This document shows, piece after piece, positions 22,801 to 29,040 of a DNA stretch of 29,040 nucleotides. A model generated the notes under the pieces. It searched no databases and was not told where the DNA came from. It was given only the letters and a program-made list of their open reading frames with translations. A program made the position numbers and the translations under genes. The stretch is from Tubiluchus corallicola (Eukaryota; Animalia; Priapulida), in the NCBI GenBank assembly GCA_030141605.1, contig JAQGDQ010001694.1:1-29040 (forward strand), written 5' to 3'. How positions within the stretch are numbered: the stretch's first letter is position 1; every line of letters starts with the position of its first letter.

Positions 22801-23712
22801 TCTTAATAGTGTTACGGGACTCACTGAATGGATAATTTAATGCACTTACAGTAATACAATATGCACGGTGATTATCCAGAAAACACTTGATGTGCTCCAA
22901 ATGTGACAAAGACACCTCATTCAATGATTTTACTCTAAAATAAAAGCTCGACATCTGTGACCAAACCAACCCTCCCAGGACACCCTGTTTCAACTCCCTT
23001 GGTCATTGTAGAGTGATTGTCTTGTGCCGGGAAATCTGATTATTGGTAAGAAGGGTGTGTCATTCTCTAGTTGTTTGTCACCTGCACTGGCATCAAATTT
23101 CGAGAAGAGTTGATTTATTACAAGATTTCGTTGTTGCCTTAATTAGTGTTTTTAAATATTTCTAGTAACAACTATAATGAATAATGATCTATACTAAGGA
23201 TGTTAATGTCTATTTCAAAATCACTGCAATTAGTTCATTGCATCTAAATCTAAGATAAACTCACAATAAACGTGCGGATACTAAAACTCCTTTTAATGAA
23301 TTTTAATACACGTACTGCAATATTTCGTACAATACACCTATGTATTGGTGTGTTTCAGTACCAGACGACATTACCTGACTCATCCGGGTATTTGTCATTC
23401 TGTTAATTTGCAGTGGCAGATAATAAGGGAAAAACTCGCAGAAAAAAAGCAAATAGATCTAATCAGAAACCCAGACCTTAAGATATTGAACAAAAAGTGA
23501 TTTTTCACATCCATGATCTGCCTCATATATAACTAGATTTCTCAATATGCACAACGCATTTATCGCCATTTAACAACCATTTAAAATATTTTCTGTTTTG
23601 TTACTTTAATTATTTAGAATACTTAAATAAATTGTGAGTGATTTAAATAATTCTGTTTCTTTACCTGACTTTCTCTCCCTGCCGAAGTGACCTCCCACGT
23701 GTGATTAGCCAT
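12067..23712 (-). CDS. Predicted multi-exon chimeric gene: ZER1/ZYG11-like ARM fragment + ankyrin repeats + cGAS-like (Mab-21) nucleotidyltransferase. Model: join(23712-23665, 21073-20930, 19380-19322, 19131-19069, 18492-18438, 17306-17253, 16816-16658, 16017-15927, 15385-15315, 13881-12067, or 13881-12163 plus downstream exons)
   Basis: All junctions are GT-AG with consecutive phases 0,0,2,2,0,0,0,1,0 and give one open frame of about 852 aa if it ends at the 12067 stop. The first exon and the 15315-to-13881 splice are inferred, not proven. Confidence 0.6.
14753..15227. repeat. Dispersed repeat family B, copy 1 (internal TGGTG-type simple repeat, B-box-like GGTTCGAAT on the minus strand)
   Basis: Colinear, high similarity by eye to 21327-21673 at both ends; the central simple repeat is expanded in this copy. 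Confidence 0.9.
15315..15385 (-). CDS. ZER1: ZER1-like exon 8: (G)ETPSNCRRFLAGNGMQLFLQCWR
   Basis: ctgtag|, |gtgagt, 71 nt, phase 1-0. Matches ZER1 DETPDNCEMFLNFNGMKLFLDCLK. Confidence 0.93.
15927..16017 (-). CDS. ZER1: ZER1-like exon 7: IMLDVITKCLENQVCDDAMHLAWLTMFNVT(G)
   Basis: ttgtag|, |gtaagt, 91 nt, phase 0-1. Matches ZER1 TMLKLIQKKLLDKTCDQVMEFSWSALWNITD. Confidence 0.92.
16449..16524 (+). pseudogene. tRNA-Arg(CCT)-like pseudogene or tRNA-derived SINE head in an intron
   Basis: Acceptor stem GAGTATG/TATATTC (with G:T pairs); perfect anticodon arm TCTGC-CTCCTAA-GCAGA; T arm tatgg-ttaaaat-ccatg with a degenerate B box (GTTAAAA); T run 3 nt downstream. Confidence 0.65.
16658..16816 (-). 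CDS. ZER1: ZER1-like exon 6: LFTYKKLVEVLLRTVRQSQDPLIQGGSILLLHRIICRVDGEHKQLVGERGAIE
   Basis: gtttag|, |gtaaaa, 159 nt, phase 0-0. Matches ZER1 EFQYRRVNELLL...LVCQVDNDHKEAVGKMG. Confidence 0.92.
17253..17306 (-). CDS. ZER1: ZER1-like exon 5: MMVFGVAILYQFSMPHDV
   Basis: ctttcag|, |gtactt, 54 nt, phase 0-0. Positionally equivalent to ZER1 VQRNCCLTLCNFSIPEEL. Confidence 0.82.
17617..18324. mobile_element. Non-autonomous hAT DNA transposon (708 bp)
   Basis: TIRs CAGGGGTGTGCA and TGCATACCCCTG (11/12); perfect 8-bp TSD AGCTACAG at 17609-17616 and 18325-18332. Confidence 0.92.
17807..17932. mobile_element. Foldback/hairpin MITE nested in the hAT element
   Basis: 46-bp arms (17807-17852 and 17887-17932), 40/46 complementary, with a 34-bp AT spacer. 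Confidence 0.85.
18438..18492 (-). CDS. ZER1: ZER1-like exon 4: (R)KIITALVNGMDLFNTDST
   Basis: tcttag|, |gtatgt, 55 nt, phase 2-0. Matches ZER1 RQVIQVVLNGME. Confidence 0.88.
19069..19131 (-). CDS. ZER1: ZER1-like exon 3: (S)WCLFYNMKSDEKPIFTLTVR(R)
   Basis: atttag|, |gtgagt, 63 nt, phase 2-2. Matches ZER1 SAALFYLT...VKLRR. Confidence 0.88.
19322..19380 (-). CDS. ZER1: ZER1-like exon 2: LIITAMENHRYNKQVQILG(S)
   Basis: tttcag|, |gtaag, 59 nt, phase 0-2. Matches ZER1 LVITALKCHKYDRNIQVTGS. Confidence 0.9.
19757..20850 (+). mobile_element. 5'-truncated CR1/L2/Jockey-type LINE (RT C-terminus and 3' UTR), antisense in an intron
   Basis: GSILGPLLF, KL*TDDLKMY, DMGVTVSSNLKFSTHC, YVRPLLEYCSLVWSP, F..KVVNICNAL; frameshifted. 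A 10-bp stem AGAATCAGCA/TGCTGATTCT lies at 20812-20847. Confidence 0.9.
20930..21073 (-). CDS. ZER1: ZER1-like exon 1: VAGDADEQQIITSLEHNMDRVEELLKSLQHLLQLYKRGKLRYSQRALE
   Basis: tgcag| acceptor, |gtacat donor, 144 nt, phase 0-0. Aligns with recalled human ZER1 VSGDKNEEQVLNAIE...LRALK. Confidence 0.88.
21327..21673. repeat. Dispersed repeat family B, copy 2 (same orientation as copy 1)
   Basis: Shares gaaccagtaa.ctttggattattaaa... and ggtaaaaatttattgctgttaggcctaacaacaa...tttaagaacgtattttattcatt with copy 1. Confidence 0.9.
21865..21990. repeat. AT-rich low-complexity tract
   Basis: Almost pure A/T. Confidence 0.8.
22120..22330. repeat. Repeat family A, inverted fragment
   Basis: Reverse complement matches 1070-1280 (atcgtactcgtgtt, tgacgtcac, taaatcaggg, gacttatgtaacta). 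Confidence 0.85.
23665..23712 (-). CDS. Candidate first coding exon MANHTWEVTSAGRESQ (not ZER1-homologous)
   Basis: ATG at 23712 and strong donor CAG|GTAAAG in phase 0, in frame with the 21073 exon. An alternative 25-nt exon 23399-23375 (MTNTRMSQ, CAG|GTAATG) also fits. Confidence 0.4.
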
Positions 23713-24765
23713 GTCTGCAAGGTTTGAGATGATGTCTCCACCAAGCACGCATAAAACTTGAAATAAACTTAAAAAGAAACTGCAACGTTTATAGCATCTA
23801 CCAGTGGTAAACAAGTACAAAGTTCCTATTTGCTTTGATGACAGTTAGAACACGTGACTGAGGGCAAAGCTATAACTCAGTAGGAATTCGAATGAGGAAG
23901 AGGGAAACTTATGTTTATTAACTATAAATACAGTCAGAAAAGACATTACAAATGTAGCCTAGTGTCAAGCCAACAGTCTCTAACCCTCTCTTCTCCTCAG
24001 CTCAGAAGTGCGGCTGATATCGTTGACTCTATAGACGCGCCCCGGGTATCTGTGCATCAAATAAGGTCGCCCTTGTTTGAATATTTGGATCTATAATCTA
24101 TAATCTATAATCTCAGTTCTTGCCTAGCAACTGAAATCGGTTTTCCCCGACTAAGATGACGAACAAGAAATTTTCTAGGAACTATAAATTAATTAAACTT
24201 TCTCTTCACTATTAAACATTGTTAATATTTAGCTGACACATATTGGACTATACTTTGTTTTACATATGACATGACAAGCATAGAAACATGTAATGTATAT
24301 ATGTATATGTTAATGTATACAAGTATATTAATGCATATTGAAATGTATGTATTATAATGTATATTTCTTCCTGTACCTTAGTAACTAAGAATGCCACAAG
24401 ATTCAATTTCGTAGCAGGTTCTCATAATCTGCTTCCAGAATTGCAACTTTGAATTGCTCCAGGCCCAGATGTAGTATTATTTGTTCCAAAACATCGCTTT
24501 TTGGAAGTACCTAAATATTTATTAATATCTATCTATACCCACACCACAATAAAAACATTACGTTTTTTATGCAAATGCATGACATAATGTTTTTGTGCGC
24601 TAATGGTATTTGTAAAAAATTGTGTAAAATTTCATGCAGCAGCAAGCTGCAGCTTAGTTTGAACAATAAGTTGCCATGATATTTCTGACAAGCAACTTCT
24701 TATGTTCATTGTCCTGCTGTAGCTTCTAACATCACACTGCCGGAATGGGCATTGCTAAAGTTGGC

Positions 24766-24808
24766 GTTGCTATGGTGACTGAGCAGTTTTTTGTCTGCCA
24801 TCTAGGGG
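24766..24808. promoter_or_regulatory. RFX X-box-like (GTTGCTATGGTGAC, 24766-24779) and CTCF-like (CCCCTAGATGGCAG, minus strand, 24808-24795) motifs in a candidate promoter region
   Basis: Consensus matches only; located upstream of the candidate 5' exons of the minus-strand gene. Confidence 0.35.
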
Positions 24809-24908
24809 CGAGTTAAAAAATAATGCAAGTACGTAATTGCTCTACTTGCAGCCTATGCTTTTATGGAAACTCGTTGCCTAATCACTGCATGTAAGTAAGC
24901 AATCAAAC

Positions 24909-24980
24909 GCATTTCGGGGAAAACCGTTTATTGCATATCGGGGAAAACCGTATAATGTATATCGGGGAAAACCGTATAAC
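24909..24980. repeat. 24-bp tandem repeat x3 with core TCGGGGAAAACCGT
   Basis: Units at 24909-24932, 24933-24956 and 24957-24980. Confidence 0.92.
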
Positions 24981-25509
24981 CACCGTTTATTTGCATACGT
25001 CACCCGCGTCATGCTGTCAGGTGGTAGAATATTTAGATGATAAACTCCAACGATAAACAATTCCTTCAGTGTATTAGCAGACTTAGTGTATGCTGTGTAC
25101 ACACCATAAACGCATTCAAATATCTAAGCTTTACACGTACTCTTTATTATCTCTTTATTCTAAGTAAATAATATTTTCCTTCGATACGTTTGCTTTTCAG
25201 TACCATCGGTGTCAATTCACTGGCTTACGCACAACACTGTGATAGTGTAGAAATAATTTTCTACACTATTTTACTTACACACTTAGACAATGCATAATAT
25301 CCATTGTTTGTTTTATGTCACTATAATACTTTCACAGGCGTGTGTAATTAAATTGATTTTATTTCACTGCACTCTGTATTAAGTGCATAAACAGCTGATT
25401 CATCTTCAATAATTTAGTAATTTAACAATCACGTAAATCTATTATATCATTACGCCATATATCCCAATATATGCCAATAATTAATATGCTATTATAAGTA
25501 AAGAGAACC

Positions 25510-25874
25510 TGTTAAATTATGCTAAGATCAGTAGATTATGTTAAATGATTATGTTGATAGATGCTGGTATGATGAAGCCCGTTAAGGAGCGGTGTCACGT
25601 GATTACGTGATCCAAGAAACGAGCAGCGGCACAGCGGGCACGTATATAAGGCGTGCGAAGCCTTCAGCCCAGGAATTCAATCTCAGATTGAGTCTGGAAG
25701 CCGGAGCGTGCAGACCGTCAGATCAGGGGCCTTTGGCATTGCTATATATCATATTTATTGTGTTGATATTTATTAAACGTGTCATTTTATAAATAAACTC
25801 TTAATAGCTTTTTCATTCCTCAAGCATCAATAAGTAGCTACACACAGCTAATACAACGCACTATCCACTATACA
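25510..25874 (+). mobile_element. Probable solo LTR
   Basis: TGT...ACA ends, GC-rich interior, TATATAA at 25643, ATTAAA at 25772, AATAAA at 25792; flanks aacc/aaca give an imperfect 4-bp TSD. The right boundary is uncertain. Confidence 0.6.
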
Positions 25875-27490
25875 AACAAAATAAATTTTACTTTATGTTT
25901 TGCAAATAAGATCTTCATATATATATATATATTCAGGCACATCAGCATCGTGGTGTATTTCGGGCTGTTTCAAATATGGGTTAAAACGCACATACTGGGT
26001 ATATCTAGGGGATTGCTTATTTCTTACATAAATGCGAACTTGTTTGAAATCTTTGTTAAAAATTTAAATTGTCGTTTACTAATGAGGTATCAATATACCT
26101 TGACCAAGGTGTCCAAGCTTGACGACACAAACTGAATGCAAACCTAAATAGAGGATGTGAATTGGTCTTAGCAAATCATTTTTCTAAACATTTTTTATTC
26201 TAGCCCGACAGGATGGCATGTCCGCTTCAATACGACGCAACTCATTGAATGTTTGGGCATGAACTACTAGTAACAGTTTGACTACAGTCATGTACACAGG
26301 TGAAATTTCTCTATAATTGTCACACGGTCATTTCACAGAGAAGTAACATCCCCAGCCATTAATAAAATTAAGAGAAAAAGCGGAAGTTTATTATAATTGT
26401 TTTTTCCTCTTGAGATCAACCAAAACTGAACAAGATACTTCGAAATCGTCAACATAGCTCAAAAAGAACATCGCCTAGGGCGGATTGCTTTTGTCTAGTT
26501 CATGTTAATTGTGCATTGTATGGATTTTTATTTTCTTATGATCAAGTTTTTTAGACACTTTGTTCCATAATTGGGTTTAAATGATGAAAAAGAAACTGCA
26601 CAATTCTGTATTACTAGCAGTCATCATCGTCACATTAAAAATTTTGTTTTTATTACATAACCCTTCTGACATAAAAATTTACTTTCATTTAAAACTTATG
26701 CCTGTGGTTCCTTTCATGATGGATTTTTGTATTGAAACTACCAGTGTTGTGTGTCGTTAAACTTCTGTAGTAGCTTTCTTACATATTCTAAGATCTTTTT
26801 TTCAAATTGGATCCCGTTTTTTAAAGTAGATCTGCATAGTGTGATATCATTTTTTGTGCAATTAGATCCTAAATCATTGTGCTGTTACTTCACCCTAAAG
26901 TACCAGTGATTCTCAAACGACCCCTGTTCCCATAACCAGCTGAAACCAGAGCCAGTCGACGCGTGAAGGTGCCTTAACCAGTGCTGTACTATGCACTGAG
27001 GTCATAATTAAAAGTGTTAGCTTCAAAAACGGGAAAGTAAGAAACTATGACAAAAGACAGCACTTTTATTGGAAAATACAGAAATACAGACTTTTCATCA
27101 CTGACCGTCAAACCGCTAGATCAGTACGAAAGCAGCGCGAGCACTTCTCTTTTTGTAAACATATTTCTTTAAATTATCCATATTTGGCAACTTCATGTAA
27201 TTAAATCAAAATTGAATTGATTGCCAGTCCTGTTGCGAACAAACTGTTCATTATCAAGGCATCTAAAACAAAGAAATTTACAGGAATTTAGAAACAACAT
27301 TGAAATGTAATTCAGTAGTTAGATAGCCAAAAGATATATGGCTAATATCCCCAATAATATCTTTAACAGTAGGAATTTATGGCTTAAGTTGCTTTGGTAA
27401 AGAGTTAAATGAGCATTATCTTTCTTCTTATAGTGAATCACCTAATCTACCTGATTGCTATGTGTGCCAACTACATTAGTGTAACATAGC

Positions 27491-27550
27491 ATGATAACTC
27501 TTGTAATGATAACTCTCGTAATGATAACTCTCGTAATGGTAACTCTTATA
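27491..27550. repeat. 15-bp tandem repeat x4 (ATGATAACTCTYGTA)
   Basis: Seen directly. Confidence 0.92.
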
Positions 27551-27675
27551 TCACTCTTGTAACTCTTGTAGAATATTCTGTGTTTCGTGAGGCTGCCACG
27601 TCTGCAGCCTTACAGGTTTTTTGTGGCACATTGTATGCGCCATATTTTATGTTGAATATTGTTTAAATAAATTGT

Positions 27676-29040
<1,365 letters not shown>

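Noticed and set aside
24909-24980. CRISPR-like array (also 27491-27550)
   Set aside because: Eukaryotic context, head-to-tail units without unique spacers, and no cas genes.
26904-26918. hAT-like terminus CAGTGATTCTCAAAC
   Set aside because: No matching opposite TIR or TSD found.

Overview
AT-rich, repeat-rich eukaryotic DNA with GT-AG spliceosomal introns; it looks like an invertebrate animal (inference). The main content is one multi-exon gene on the minus strand. Eight small, phase-compatible exons (21073 to 15315) encode about 232 aa homologous to the armadillo region of ZER1/ZYG11. The last of them ends in phase 0, matching the phase-0 acceptor of a single 1.7 kb exon (13881 to 12163, or to a stop at 12067). 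That exon encodes 3-4 ankyrin repeats and a Mab-21/cGAS-like nucleotidyltransferase (cGLR) with an intact catalytic triad. The simplest model is a chimeric ZER1-ARM/ANK/cGLR innate-immune receptor of about 850-900 aa, but two adjacent genes remain possible. The ZER1 block lacks its N- and C-terminal parts, has an altered Gly/N-degron pocket, and is bracketed by two direct copies of one repeat. The rest is transposon debris: MITEs, a hAT element with a perfect 8-bp TSD, LINE fragments, a MetaSINE-like relic, a tRNA-Arg relic and a probable solo LTR. A >1.3 kb (CTA/CTG)n tract runs off the right edge. All homology calls are from recalled motifs and manual translation, not database searches.
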